A stretch of 64,000 nt of DNA from a bacterium (GTDB taxonomy: Bacteria; SM23-31), in assembly GCA_965249485.1 (NCBI GenBank), contig OZ252239.1, forward strand, positions 384,001 through 448,000, read 5' to 3'. Below the pieces are notes generated by a model. The model was not told the DNA's origin and did not search any database. It saw nothing but the letters and a program-made list of their open reading frames with translations. The position numbers and the translations under genes were made by a program. Below, piece after piece: positions 1-10,799 of the stretch; positions within the stretch are counted from its first letter, which is position 1, and every line of letters begins with the position of its first letter.

Positions 1-555
1 AACAAGCAAATCGTACTGTGAAAACAAAGATGCAAAAAATGACAGAAGTGGACGTTCCTCCTGCAGATGGCGCGTAAAAAGCTGTAATAACGCAAAATTT
101 TCACCCGTAAAATAAGCACATCCAATAAGAAAGAGCGGTGAAGACGATAATCCGCATGTTTCAATATCAAGAAACAGTATCCTGGAAGGATGTACGGTAG
201 CAAGATATGAAACAGACTGTGCATGCTGCGATTGTGATGGAGCAACTGGATACGATTTCAGTACTGCCGGAAATGACTTGATTATTTTTTGCGCATTATC
301 AACACAATCTGATAACCAATGTTTAATGAGAAGAAAATCTCCTAAGTCCGTCTGTGTGAGGGTACCGGGAGCAGCTTCTTCTAATGCAATATATTGTGCG
401 CTCTTTTTGCAAATTTCAATAGCAGGCTCACCTACTGATTCCGATGAATGAATATCATGAGATTGCTGATAATTTATTCTTTCAACCTTCGGTGGATGCT
501 TTAGAGAATCGCGATTTAATTGTTCAAGCCGTTCGAGTGCTTTTCTGGTTACCAT
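1..555 (-). CDS. RNase H-like / DEDD-type exonuclease domain protein (YprB/RNase_H_2-like), runs off window start
   Basis: Manual translation from ATG at 555 is open to base 1: ...RILFLDIETCGLSSSPLFLIGCAY...QLFTRHLQEERPLL...YDLLV, with the FLDIETxGL motif. Not in the ORF track because it is truncated by the window edge. Confidence 0.75.
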   Translation of the reverse strand, partial: MVTRKALERLEQLNRDSLKHPPKVERINYQQSHDIHSSESVGEPAIEICKKSAQYIALEEAAPGTLTQTDLGDFLLIKHWLSDCVDNAQKIIKSFPAVLKSYPVAPSQSQHAQSVSYLATVHPSRILFLDIETCGLSSSPLFLIGCAYFTGENFALLQLFTRHLQEERPLLSFFASLFSQYDLLV

Positions 556-835
556 AGAAAATCATTACTTTGATTTAAGCATAATAATGTACACATTTCC
601 ATGATTTAATTAAAGAAAAATTTTCAACTTTCATGCTCATAGGACAAAAGGAGTTGTAATATTATCTCATTGACCATATATATATATTTATTTTTCAAAT
701 TAAATCTTATGAAACAGCCTTGCAAAAGTAAATTGAAAATCTCTTTCATTGCAAGATGAAAACTTAAACGGTTTACCCGCACTTTCCATTTGCAATTTTC
801 CTAAAAAAAATCTACATTCGATGCAAAATTAATCA

Positions 836-2158
836 ATGAACATCACATTTATGAATTCCATCCAAAATTTACATACAACAATAGTACGAACAGCCCTTAT
901 ACTTCTTCTATCTGTTTTCTTTATCAACTGTTCAACAATCGGGGGATATGTCCGCAGTAAACCTGATTCAGTGCCTGCAGATACTGCGCCTGCAGTCCGG
1001 ATGGACGGGTCAATTGAACTTGGTATCGATGTATTGCTGAACCGTGAAATCGGTCATCTGGCCGGTAAACGGGTTGGTTTGATAACCAATCAGAGTGGTG
1101 TGAACCGTAATTTCAAGTCTACTACCGACATTCTTTTTCAGCATGAAGCTGTTCTCTTGACTGCTCTGTTCGCTCCCGAACATGGTATCCGTGGCGATAT
1201 CCCTGCAGGGGAGCCGGTCGCGCAATACATTGACGAACTTACCGGGCTGCCGGTTTACAGCCTGTACGGTGCAATCAAAAAACCGACACTGGAGATGCTT
1301 GTCGATATCGATGTGTTGATTTTCGATATGCAGGACGTTGGTGTCCGTCCCTACACGTTTATTTCTACAATGGCACTTGCAATGGAAGCTGCTCGGGACG
1401 CTGAGATCGAATTTATCATTCTTGACCGCCCCAATCCCCTTGGGGGTGAACTTGTAGAGGGAAATGTCCTTGATCCGGATTTCAAATCGTTTATCGGACT
1501 TTATCCCATACCGTATGTTCACGGTATGACAGCAGGAGAACTCGCCTGGATGTTTAACCGGGAATTCGGGATTGGAGTAGAACTGCGAGTAATTCCGATG
1601 GAAGGGTGGCGCCGCACAATGATATTCAGAGACACAGGACTGGGCTGGGTGCCAACTTCTCCCCACATACCCGATTTGGAAACCGCACCGTATTATGCCG
1701 CAACAGGAAGCATCGGTGAATTGGGAACTCTGTCGGTAGGTGTCGGTTATACTATTCCATTTCGGCAAGTCGGGGCACCATGGATCAATGCACATAATCT
1801 TGCACAGAAACTCAATAGCCGCAAAATTCCGGGTATTACATTTAGACCGATGTATTGGCAGCAATTTTACGGAATCTTCAAGGGACAGCACATCGGAGGA
1901 GTTGAACTACATATTACAGACCAGCGCCTCTTCAATCCTTTTGCAGCGGGTATCCACATTCTCGATGCAATCGGCAACCTATATCCGGAACAGGAAATTT
2001 TTCCCGAAGACCATGCTTCTGGATTCAACCGTGCTACCGGCACCAATATGATTTTCAGTCGTCTGAAAGCGGGAGTGCCAGCGGATGTTATTATCGATGC
2101 ATATCAGGAATCGCTCAATAAATTCAAACGGCTCAGACAGAACTATTTACTTTACTAA
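836..2158 (+). CDS. namZ: DUF1343 family exo-beta-N-acetylmuramidase (NamZ/YbbC-like), likely lipoprotein
   Basis: GKRVGLITNQSG, LFAPEHGIRG, PVYSLYG, FDMQDVGVR, LDRPNPLGG, HGMTAGELA and WVPTSPHIP motifs; lipobox-like FINC. Confidence 0.85.
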   Translation: MNITFMNSIQNLHTTIVRTALILLLSVFFINCSTIGGYVRSKPDSVPADTAPAVRMDGSIELGIDVLLNREIGHLAGKRVGLITNQSGVNRNFKSTTDILFQHEAVLLTALFAPEHGIRGDIPAGEPVAQYIDELTGLPVYSLYGAIKKPTLEMLVDIDVLIFDMQDVGVRPYTFISTMALAMEAARDAEIEFIILDRPNPLGGELVEGNVLDPDFKSFIGLYPIPYVHGMTAGELAWMFNREFGIGVELRVIPMEGWRRTMIFRDTGLGWVPTSPHIPDLETAPYYAATGSIGELGTLSVGVGYTIPFRQVGAPWINAHNLAQKLNSRKIPGITFRPMYWQQFYGIFKGQHIGGVELHITDQRLFNPFAAGIHILDAIGNLYPEQEIFPEDHASGFNRATGTNMIFSRLKAGVPADVIIDAYQESLNKFKRLRQNYLLY

Positions 2159-2247
2159 GTTGATTTTATCACGTTTTTGATTATTATTGAATTACAGCGC
2201 CTTCGTGGATTTACGAAGGTAAGCAAATTTCCACTCAAGAGTTTTCG

Positions 2248-2718
2248 ATGAAGATTGCCGATATTCTACCTGCAGAAAATATTAAAATTCCACTCAAAGG
2301 CACAGCAAAGGATGAAATCATTGAAGAACTTGTTGAAGTTTTAACGGCTTCAAATCCTTCAGTCGATGGAAAAATTGTACTCAACGCTGTGATAGCACGT
2401 GAACAATCGATGAGTACCGGAATCGGCCATGGTGTTGCTATACCTCATGGCAAATCGAAAGGTGTAAAAGATATCGCTGCTGTACTTGGAATCGCTCCCG
2501 ACGGCATCGATTTCGAAGCGCTTGATGGGGAGGCGGTTTATTTGTTCATACTTATTGCAGCACCGGAAGGACCATCTGGTCCACATTTGCGCTATCTGAG
2601 TTTAATTTCCCGTCTTTTGAATCAGGAATCGTTTCGTACAAAATTAATCGGGTGTACGAGTCCGCGTGAAGCGCTTTCCCTGATTTCCGAAGGTGAACAT
2701 AATATTCTTTCGATGTGA
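2248..2718 (+). CDS. PTS EIIA component (fructose/mannitol/Ntr type)
   Basis: RE..MSTGIGHGVAIPHG phospho-His motif; GIDFEALDG; HLRYLS.ISRLL. Confidence 0.9.
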   Translation: MKIADILPAENIKIPLKGTAKDEIIEELVEVLTASNPSVDGKIVLNAVIAREQSMSTGIGHGVAIPHGKSKGVKDIAAVLGIAPDGIDFEALDGEAVYLFILIAAPEGPSGPHLRYLSLISRLLNQESFRTKLIGCTSPREALSLISEGEHNILSM

Positions 2719-2818
2719 AATCTTTTTGAATTCATTGTGCATTACATGGATCATTGCACAAAATTCTCTTTTACCAAATACTGATTCTTTCAGACGCATA
2801 TAAATCGAAACTTTATTA

Positions 2819-3583
2819 GTGGAAACTCTCACAAAAAATAGACTGAAACTTCTTCGCCGTTATCTCCATAAAAAGCACAGAATAGCCGATGGCCAATGTC
2901 TTGTTGAGGGAGAAAAGCTGTGTCTCGAAGCTCTCAATAACAATTTCCCTATTGAAACGCTTGTGTATGCCAGAGGAACAGGAAAACAATTCCGGTATAT
3001 CATTGATCATCCCAACGTTCACACTTCATTCACGTCTCCTTTCGAGTCTCTTAAATCACTGTCAGTGGTTGATGCACCTCAGGGAGTGATCGGCCTTGTA
3101 ACGTTCAGGAAGCCACAGTATGATCCCGGTTTAGAGAAGCACCACAAACGGTATATCGTGTTTGACAGTATTGCCGATCCAGGAAACATCGGAACTCTGT
3201 TGCGTAGCGCATCCTGGTTCGGATGGGACGGAGTTGTGTGTGGAATAGGGTGCGTTGAGATCACTAACAGTAAAGTGATCCGGTCTTCGATGGGAGCGTT
3301 ATTTCACATTCCGGTTTGGGATCAGTGTCCATTGCAGGAAACGTTGACATCGCTTAAAAATGTCGGGTTTACTATCCTGGGGGCGACTCCGTATGACATT
3401 GAAATACAGAAAACGGATATACCTGACAGATTTGCACTCATAATCGGGAACGAATCGGACGGTCTGTCCGAGGATGTCAAAAACCTGTGTGATTCACTTA
3501 TTACAGTACCTGGCAGCGGCAAAGCGGAATCACTCAATGCCGCGGTCAGCGGCAGCATTCTAATGTATCAGTTCAGCACATGA
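2819..3583 (+). CDS. TrmH/SpoU family RNA 2'-O-methyltransferase
   Basis: DPGNIGTLLRSA, RSSMGA, IIGNESDGLS and ESLNAAVSGSI SPOUT motifs. Confidence 0.9.
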   Translation: METLTKNRLKLLRRYLHKKHRIADGQCLVEGEKLCLEALNNNFPIETLVYARGTGKQFRYIIDHPNVHTSFTSPFESLKSLSVVDAPQGVIGLVTFRKPQYDPGLEKHHKRYIVFDSIADPGNIGTLLRSASWFGWDGVVCGIGCVEITNSKVIRSSMGALFHIPVWDQCPLQETLTSLKNVGFTILGATPYDIEIQKTDIPDRFALIIGNESDGLSEDVKNLCDSLITVPGSGKAESLNAAVSGSILMYQFST

Positions 3584-4473
3584 AAGGCGCATCAGTGACA
3601 AATAATGTTGAACCGGATAATCCTGATCAAGAACTTGAAGTGCAGGATGAAGTCAAAATAATACCATCGATGAAGGAGACAATCCTTGTCCTGTTTCTAA
3701 CTGTTGCGTTTATATTCCTAATTACAATTCTGTTTTTTGTACTGGGCAGAGTGTTTGACCTCGATCCAAATTATATGCTTCTCTCTGAAGCATTTATCAT
3801 TCTGCCTGCGGTCGTATTTGGGAAAATCAAAGGATATTCATTGAGAACAATTTTCCGGATCAACTCTGTAACCGGGCGGCAAATGCTGCTGACACTCATG
3901 ATCGGTTTTTCTCTGATTTTTATTATCAATGCTTTCGAAAACTGGCTGCAGGGCTTTCTCCAATCGCTCCATCAGTTTGACTGGCTTACTGCATTAAGAT
4001 CCGAATTTGAGATCGGATTGCTCGATTCACTTCAGATCAATTCAATCTACCGGTTCTTTTCGACTGTCTTTGCAGTGGTCATATTTGCTGCTGTCTGCGA
4101 GGAGATGTTGTTCAGAGGCTTACTACAGCAAACCTTCGAAAACAGATTGTCTAGAGGATGGGCAATCTTTCTAACTGCTTTTCTTTTTACTATTCTGCAT
4201 CCGTTTAGCCTGCTTCCTATACTCATACTCTCGATTTTTCTCGGAATTATGAGTTGGAGAAGCAATTCAATCCTGCCGACTATGGTTATTCACGGGATGA
4301 ACAACGGCATGTCACTCATTGCCGTGAATATTAGCGAAAACATCCAAACAAATCCCTCAGAAGCAATCCCAGTATCACCCGTATTGTTCGTACTCTCGCT
4401 CTTGATTTTCACAGCCAGTTTTATCCACTACTTCAAAATAACTCGGGTGGAGCAAGACGACTCCGACATTTAA
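3580..4473 (+). CDS. CPBP (CAAX/Abi) family intramembrane glutamic endopeptidase
   Basis: EEMLFRG, F..LH and HGMNN motifs; multiple TM helices; ATGA overlap with the upstream gene. Confidence 0.85.
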   Translation: MKGASVTNNVEPDNPDQELEVQDEVKIIPSMKETILVLFLTVAFIFLITILFFVLGRVFDLDPNYMLLSEAFIILPAVVFGKIKGYSLRTIFRINSVTGRQMLLTLMIGFSLIFIINAFENWLQGFLQSLHQFDWLTALRSEFEIGLLDSLQINSIYRFFSTVFAVVIFAAVCEEMLFRGLLQQTFENRLSRGWAIFLTAFLFTILHPFSLLPILILSIFLGIMSWRSNSILPTMVIHGMNNGMSLIAVNISENIQTNPSEAIPVSPVLFVLSLLIFTASFIHYFKITRVEQDDSDI

Positions 4474-4602
4474 AGACCGAATTCGGTACAATATTCTGAT
4501 TTTCAGTGCATTTCTATGAAGATATTGAAACTATCTGCCGACATTTAGGGTAGAATGTGTATACTGAAATATCTGTCACCATTTTGTTAGGAGTTATGAA
4601 CT

Positions 4603-5163
4603 ATGAAAATGAATACATTGAGCGTGTTTAAACTGTCGATTCTTTCCTGTGTACTACTCTTTTCCGCTCTGAGCTCATATTCTCAGGATAAACAATTTAT
4701 CAAACTATATGATCGCTATCTCGATAAAGATTTCGGATATTCAATATTGAAACCGGGAGACTGGAGCGACGGCATGCGTTCTGACGAGGAAGGGAGAAAT
4801 TACCGAGTGTTCAACGGTCCACGTGAAAAAGAAGACATATTAGAGCCATCTTTGAGCGTGATTATATCTGATGCGGATGAGAAAACAGTAGAACAATATA
4901 CAAATGACCTTCTGGTGAGTTATACGAAACTCTTTCTGGAATTCAAATTGGAGTCTCGTGAAACAATTTTAATTGACGGTGTGACGTTCGGTGATTTCAC
5001 CATTTCATTCGATATGGAGGATTCAACATACCGTATGAGGACGGTCTATACGATCGAAAACGATATGCTCTATCATCTTAACGCACTTGCACCGATAGAA
5101 TATTATGACCAGTACCGCGATACACTCAACGATATGATCGGTTCATTTACTGTTGTTGAATAG
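4603..5163 (+). CDS. exported PsbP/DcrB-like protein
   Basis: Signal peptide; GYSI.KPGDW N-terminal motif and C-terminal MIGSF; AGGAG RBS. Confidence 0.55.
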   Translation: MKMNTLSVFKLSILSCVLLFSALSSYSQDKQFIKLYDRYLDKDFGYSILKPGDWSDGMRSDEEGRNYRVFNGPREKEDILEPSLSVIISDADEKTVEQYTNDLLVSYTKLFLEFKLESRETILIDGVTFGDFTISFDMEDSTYRMRTVYTIENDMLYHLNALAPIEYYDQYRDTLNDMIGSFTVVE

Positions 5164-5172
5164 GAAGAATAT

Positions 5173-6117
5173 TTACCGGAAGGTACCAGAGCCACTGTAG
5201 GATGTAACCCCGTAGTCCATAGCTACAGAAGCATTTCTAACCTGGGACTTGTAATTTCTCCAGAATATTTTGGTCTGACCATTCCAATGGCCCGACACGA
5301 GAAGGCGGGTAAGCGACACTATTGAGCTAACATAATTTCGCGTCTCTTTAAAGGAACCGCCGCTCTGTATCAATCCATTGTTGATATCATTCCAGCTGTT
5401 TCCCCATTCAGGCATCCATTTTGTAAACACGCGAGTTCTTCCTGCGTTATAAGACGCAAGTGCCAATTCGAGTTGGTCTGGATAGATATAATACTTTTGA
5501 AGCAGGTCACATAAATACTTTGAGCCACCGGTAATATTATCAGCAGGGTCTTTTGGATCGGCAACACCAATTGAGAGCGCCGTCACTTTACGAAGCTGCA
5601 TTGGTCCGAATGCGCCTTTTCTACTACTTGAATAGAGATTGTAATCGCTTTCGAAAGCACCTACTGAAAGGAGCAGCGAAATGCCGGGATTAAATGCATA
5701 TTGATGATCGTTAGGATGAATTTTACTTAATGAGTTTTTGTTCAGGCAGTATTCAATATGGCCGGCATTTTCAGAAAGTTGAGTGACCCAGAGCTTAATC
5801 TCCTCTTGTTGGAGATGAGGATTCACAGCGGATATGACTCTTTGAATTTTTTCCCGCTCAATATAAACCTCTGATATAATATTGTAGGCATCTTTTAGCC
5901 CAGCAATTTTATACTCCTCAAGAGCATATTGCTGCTTTAGATCATGTATGTCTTGTTCAAGATATTTCTGCTTCTGTTCTCCACTCAGCAGGGACATCCC
6001 GATCAGTACCACACCAAACACTAACAAACAGTAAAAGAGTTTCTTTCGAAACTCTTTCGCGGTCACAACCTCCACACAACTATTTTTATATACTAATATT
6101 GAATCTATTGACCACAT
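5173..6117 (-). CDS. membrane-anchored lytic transglycosylase (SLT domain)
   Basis: FESDY catalytic Glu, SRKGAFGPMQL, LALASYNAG, ETRNYV; N-terminal TM and coiled coil; start uncertain. Confidence 0.85.
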   Translation of the reverse strand: MWSIDSILVYKNSCVEVVTAKEFRKKLFYCLLVFGVVLIGMSLLSGEQKQKYLEQDIHDLKQQYALEEYKIAGLKDAYNIISEVYIEREKIQRVISAVNPHLQQEEIKLWVTQLSENAGHIEYCLNKNSLSKIHPNDHQYAFNPGISLLLSVGAFESDYNLYSSSRKGAFGPMQLRKVTALSIGVADPKDPADNITGGSKYLCDLLQKYYIYPDQLELALASYNAGRTRVFTKWMPEWGNSWNDINNGLIQSGGSFKETRNYVSSIVSLTRLLVSGHWNGQTKIFWRNYKSQVRNASVAMDYGVTSYSGSGTFR

Positions 6118-6299
6118 ATATATATGTCCCCCAAGGACATTTCAATTCACGTATTACAAAAATAACTCTTAGAAAATCTCGTTAAATTTGCATTCAAAAT
6201 ATACTAAAGCCCATCCGACCTACAACACTTCCCAACCACGGCTTTATACTGATCATGTAACTCCTGAAAAACCTCCCGAATGGTGTCACACTATTGACA

Positions 6300-7553
6300 T
6301 CAGCGGATGAATTTCGCCCGTTCATCCGAAGTAGTGCTATGAATATAAGTAAATAAACGCTGGAACTCAACAATTAGTTTCATTTTTTTTCGAGCTACTA
6401 CATATTGTGCCGTTTCCCAGACATTATTCAATCTATATTCCGCAAAACCGTGCCGTCCACCCCATGAAAATGAGGGTATATATTTCGGCTGGAATCCGCC
6501 GCCGAAAATATTTGAACAGACGCCGACTACTGTGCCGGTATTGAACATTGTATTGATACCTGTTTTGCTGTGGTCGCCGATGTAAAGACCCGCAAACTGC
6601 GACCCAGTATCGACCTGCTCATCGTTCAGAAAAACCCTGACAGATTTATAATTATTTTTGAGATTACTGGTAGTTGTACCTGCACCGAGATTCACCCATT
6701 GGCACAGATAGGAGTGACCGAGAAAACCCTCATGCTGCTTGTTGCTGTGTGAATGAATTATCGACACGGTAACTTCTCCCCCAATTTTGCTGAACTCACC
6801 TATGCTTGTTCCCCCGTAAATTTTTGCTCCTGCTTTGATAACGGCATTTTTTCCTATGTAGGCAGGACCTTCAATAAATGAATTGGGCATTACCGTTACG
6901 CCCGATTCGATATAAACCGGACCTTCTTCAGCATCAATAACAACACCCGGTTCGATTTTTGTGTCGGTGCCGATATATATTTTTTCTTTGGCAAGAAGAG
7001 AACAGCCCTCATAAACGGTACCATCGATAGAGGGATCGCTGCAGAGGCGGGCAAAATCCGAAGTAATATATTCGCTGTTTTTATTGACGAGATCCCATGG
7101 ATAGCCGATACTGTCAATCTTCACTTTTATAGCAGGCAGCTTTGGAAACAGAGACTTCAATTCAAGTGGTTTTCCGGCATTTGACCTGACCGTCTTCACA
7201 CTTTTCGGGGAGAGAATTGCTGCTGCTACGGTATCATCCTTGCAGAAAAGACACTCGTCCTCTCTTTTGAGAAGCTGTGATAAAAAATTTTCATCGAACA
7301 GCAACCTGCCGTTAATGAATGTGTACCAGTCATCTTCAAACCTGTTCACCGGAATGCCTTCGGCTTCAGCGGAAACCGTTTCGACGAGATAATCTCTGCA
7401 GTGATAGACAACATGTTCAGACTGACAGGCATGCAATATTTTTTCTGCGAGATTGGTAATCCCGCATTTGAGAAAATATACCGGCCTCATCCAAACCAAA
7501 GGAAGAAGGTTCCGGTACCGGCTGTCTTCAAATATACATAGATTCATAAGCAA
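6300..7553 (-). CDS. GlmU-like sugar nucleotidyltransferase/acetyltransferase with hexapeptide repeats (Bacteroidota/Chlorobi type)
   Basis: LLPL..RPV..L.CGI, SNKQHEGFLGHSYL..WVNLGAGT..SNLKNNY, GDHSKTGIN. Confidence 0.8.
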   Translation of the reverse strand: MLMNLCIFEDSRYRNLLPLVWMRPVYFLKCGITNLAEKILHACQSEHVVYHCRDYLVETVSAEAEGIPVNRFEDDWYTFINGRLLFDENFLSQLLKREDECLFCKDDTVAAAILSPKSVKTVRSNAGKPLELKSLFPKLPAIKVKIDSIGYPWDLVNKNSEYITSDFARLCSDPSIDGTVYEGCSLLAKEKIYIGTDTKIEPGVVIDAEEGPVYIESGVTVMPNSFIEGPAYIGKNAVIKAGAKIYGGTSIGEFSKIGGEVTVSIIHSHSNKQHEGFLGHSYLCQWVNLGAGTTTSNLKNNYKSVRVFLNDEQVDTGSQFAGLYIGDHSKTGINTMFNTGTVVGVCSNIFGGGFQPKYIPSFSWGGRHGFAEYRLNNVWETAQYVVARKKMKLIVEFQRLFTYIHSTTSDERAKFIR

Positions 7554-7726
7554 TTCCGATTTACTTACACGGGCTGTGCCTGATTAAAGGTTGAAGATTA
7601 AATGAAGTAAATGTACCTATTACTGATTCCATCTGCAAGCCGTTTATGAAAGGAAATGTATTGATTTTCTACAATGTGTTACCTATTATTTGAACTGAGG
7701 TTAATCAATTGTATGCAGGCTTCTCT

Positions 7727-9790
7727 ATGAATACCGTATACCTTCTACTCTGTTTTCATAACCATCAACCTGTCGGAAACTTCGATCACGTCTTTGAGGC
7801 AAATTACCAAAAAGCGTACCTCCCTTTTCTCGAAACCTATGAGCAGTTTACCGACATAAAAATAAGTCTCCATTATTCAGGACCGCTTTGGGATTGGATT
7901 GCGGACAACCATCCAGAATATATTGAGCGTCTTCAGGCATTGGTCAAGCAGGGCATCATCGAACAGCTGGCCGGTGGATATTACGAGCCAATTCTTTCAA
8001 TGATTCCCGAACACGACAGGCAGGGCCAGATAAAACGTATGAAGAATTTTTTGAAATCGACATTTGATGTCGACGCCCGTTGTTTCTGGTTGACCGAACG
8101 AGTGTGGGAACAGACCATGACGTCATCACTTGCGGCTGCGGGCATGCGCTGCACCATTTTAGACGATTCACACTTTGTCAATGTCGGTCTTTGCGCCGAA
8201 CAATTATCCGGATTTTACATTACTGAAGACCAGGGAAATATGATTACGTTGTTCGGTACAAATGAGCAGATGCGGTACTTAATTCCTTACAAAGAGCCTG
8301 AAGAAATCAGAAATTATCTGGCTGATTTATCGGAACGTACCCCGGGGAGGTTGGTAGTTTATGGCGATGACGGTGAAAAGTTCGGCGGGTGGCCCGGTAC
8401 ATATAAACGGGTCTACTCAGAAAAATGGCTCGCAAATTTTTTTGCCATGCTCAGAGAGAACCATGATTGGATTATACCGGTTACACTGGAACAGGCTCTC
8501 ACCACACTGAAGCCGCTCAGCAAAATATATATACCGGACAGTTCGTACCGGGGGATGATGGAATGGGCGCTCCCTGAGGAAACGGGACGGAAGTACCAGC
8601 ATGTGGTCGATGTGTTGAAACAGCAGATCATCTGGAATGAAGCTTCGGTGTTTATCCGGGGGGGCTTCTGGAGAAACTTTGCTTATAAATATCCCGAAAT
8701 CAATCAGATGTACTCCCGTATGCTCGAAGTGAGCAAGAAGCTGGAGGCCCTTTCCGATGAATGTTCGGAAGTAGCGAGGACTTATCTTTATAAAGCACAG
8801 TGCAATTGCCCATATTGGCATGGTGATTTCGGCGGTGTTTACCTCAATCACCTCCGGTTCGAAACGTACCGGAATATTATCAGGGCTGAACAGGCATCTG
8901 AATCCGGTAAGACATCCAACAATCGGGATGTGATAATCGAAGAAAAGGACTTTGATTTTGACGGTATGGATGAGATTTCGGTTCGGAACCAGTGGTACAA
9001 ACTCTATATTCAACCCCATTCGGGCGGAAGAATTTATGAATGGGACTATCTCCCTGCGAATACAAACCTTCTTGATACGCTCTCCCGCAGACCGGAGACA
9101 TATCATCAGGCTATTCGTGCAGCATCTCCCGAAGAGGAAGTAGACGATGTCGTCAACATACACAATCCGTCAAAGTTTCATGATACCCACCTGAAAGATC
9201 ATCTCATTTATGATCTTTATGAGCGAAAATCGTTTCTGGATCATCTTATAGCAGGAGACATTTCAGCAGAACTGCTCAGAAAAAATAGATGCATCGAACT
9301 CGACTATCTGCCCGAAGCGTCATACTGCGCAGATATCAAAAGTACCAAGGATTCAACCGATATAGTTCTCACATACAAAGGAAACATTGAGTATGAAGAT
9401 ATCAGCACTCCTTATACGCTGGAAAAAATACTCACAATACAATCGGCATCACCCGATTTAGTTTGCAGATACACTATCAGTCATAACGGATCAACACCGC
9501 TACAGTGCAGCTTAGGCTTTGAGTGGAATTTTGCACTTCTTGCGGGCAATGCACCTGACAGGTATTACTTTTATGATAACCGGACAAAAATCGGAAAACT
9601 AGTTTCGGAATTGAAAAAACCGAAGGTGTCCAATTTTGGAATCGTCGATGAATGGCAGAATTTAGCAATTACGTTTCAATTTCAGGAGCCGGTCACCCTT
9701 TTCACATTCCCTATTGAAACCGGGAGAGGTCAAAAAAATTTCATTTACAGTAACATATTCACCGCACATGGAAGGATAACGTATAAATAA
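7727..9790 (+). CDS. GH57 alpha-amylase/4-alpha-glucanotransferase (DUF1925/DUF1926), C-terminus probably truncated or replaced
   Basis: HNHQPVGNF, GGYYEPIL, WLTERVW, DDGEKFGGWP, AQCNCPYWHG; the sequence stops resembling the family after FPIET (~9721). ATG 7727 preferred over TTG 7709. Confidence 0.85.
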   Translation: MNTVYLLLCFHNHQPVGNFDHVFEANYQKAYLPFLETYEQFTDIKISLHYSGPLWDWIADNHPEYIERLQALVKQGIIEQLAGGYYEPILSMIPEHDRQGQIKRMKNFLKSTFDVDARCFWLTERVWEQTMTSSLAAAGMRCTILDDSHFVNVGLCAEQLSGFYITEDQGNMITLFGTNEQMRYLIPYKEPEEIRNYLADLSERTPGRLVVYGDDGEKFGGWPGTYKRVYSEKWLANFFAMLRENHDWIIPVTLEQALTTLKPLSKIYIPDSSYRGMMEWALPEETGRKYQHVVDVLKQQIIWNEASVFIRGGFWRNFAYKYPEINQMYSRMLEVSKKLEALSDECSEVARTYLYKAQCNCPYWHGDFGGVYLNHLRFETYRNIIRAEQASESGKTSNNRDVIIEEKDFDFDGMDEISVRNQWYKLYIQPHSGGRIYEWDYLPANTNLLDTLSRRPETYHQAIRAASPEEEVDDVVNIHNPSKFHDTHLKDHLIYDLYERKSFLDHLIAGDISAELLRKNRCIELDYLPEASYCADIKSTKDSTDIVLTYKGNIEYEDISTPYTLEKILTIQSASPDLVCRYTISHNGSTPLQCSLGFEWNFALLAGNAPDRYYFYDNRTKIGKLVSELKKPKVSNFGIVDEWQNLAITFQFQEPVTLFTFPIETGRGQKNFIYSNIFTAHGRITYK

Positions 9791-9792
9791 GT

Positions 9793-10527
9793 ATGGCGGC
9801 ACGAATTGTTCCAAGAGCAAAGCTTCATGATATACTCGCCTTTTTAAAAGGTAAGGGTATTACCCTCAATGATGAGAGTATAGACCTTTTGAAAAAGAGG
9901 GTGGAAGAAGAGCCCATCAGCAAACCGACTCTTGATAAAAGCAAAGAGTTGACGCGTAATGCTCTTTTTAAACATGTGCTTGACATGACTTTTGTTAAAC
10001 GGAGTAAGCAAATCCAGAACATTGCCGACAGTAATCCTCTACTTAAACTTATCGACAAGCGGAAAAAAGCGTTAAATCAAGCCGATTCTGATTTGGTTAA
10101 ACCGATGCCTGAGAATCTGCGAAAAGCCTTTCATGAAGAGGAACGGTGGCAGCCTTTCTACCCATTTCTCGGCATACCTCCTTCCGGACAAATTTTAAAA
10201 ATCTTAGAAACCGCATAACAAGATAGACCGTATATTGGATTTCTCCGTATAGATAACGGAATATCAATGCTTTATACAACCCGTAGAAAAGTCGACATCG
10301 AATCTCTTCCAGAGGTAAAATATTACCGGTTGAGAGAAGGTGTATTCCAATATGAGGTAAAAGAAATCAAATCACTTGAAGATGGGTATCTCAAATACAT
10401 ATATTCCTTCCATCCATAAAAACAGGGTGAAGATACTGAATCTTGCTTCGTTTTTAGTATTTTGTACAACGATTTACACCATGATCCTACACTGATAGGA
10501 TTAAAACTCTTGACAAAGAAAAAATAA
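9793..10527 (+). pseudogene. hypothetical protein with two in-frame TAA stops
   Basis: The frame stays open and protein-like past TAA 10216-10218 (QDRPYIGFLRID...) and TAA 10417-10419 (KQGEDTES...) to TAA 10525-10527. Confidence 0.5.
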
Positions 10528-10598
10528 TTTCTAAATTTACATTACTTAAATTGGTTTGTTTCGCGGTGGAAAGTACTATATTATTTTTTGTTCATAAT

Positions 10599-10639
10599 AA
10601 AGTGTAACACATTAAAATGTGTTACACTTTGAATATAAT
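10599..10639 (+). promoter_or_regulatory. 32-bp perfect palindrome (candidate operator) next to a TATAAT -10 box
   Basis: AAAGTGTAACACATT-aa-AATGTGTTACACTTT (10599-10630); TATAAT at 10634-10639. Confidence 0.55.
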
Positions 10640-10799
10640 GATTCTTTGAATTGTATTTACGACGTAGTAATCAACATCCTCAAGCTCATCTTCCTACAGA
10701 ATTTGAAGAAATAACTCTGCTACAGATAGACATACTACAATAGTTTGTTTACGCAAAACTGCATTTGAGGAGTAGCATTTACTTAAGGACGGCTCTATT

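Noticed and set aside
669..6125. Similar ATTGACCA(CA)TATATATAT stretches at ~669 and ~6107
   Set aside because: Short and low-complexity; not distinguishable from chance in AT-rich promoter DNA.
9711..9720. ATTGAAAC resembling a CRISPR repeat end (also at ~2951)
   Set aside because: Both simply encode PIET inside ORFs; there is no periodicity.
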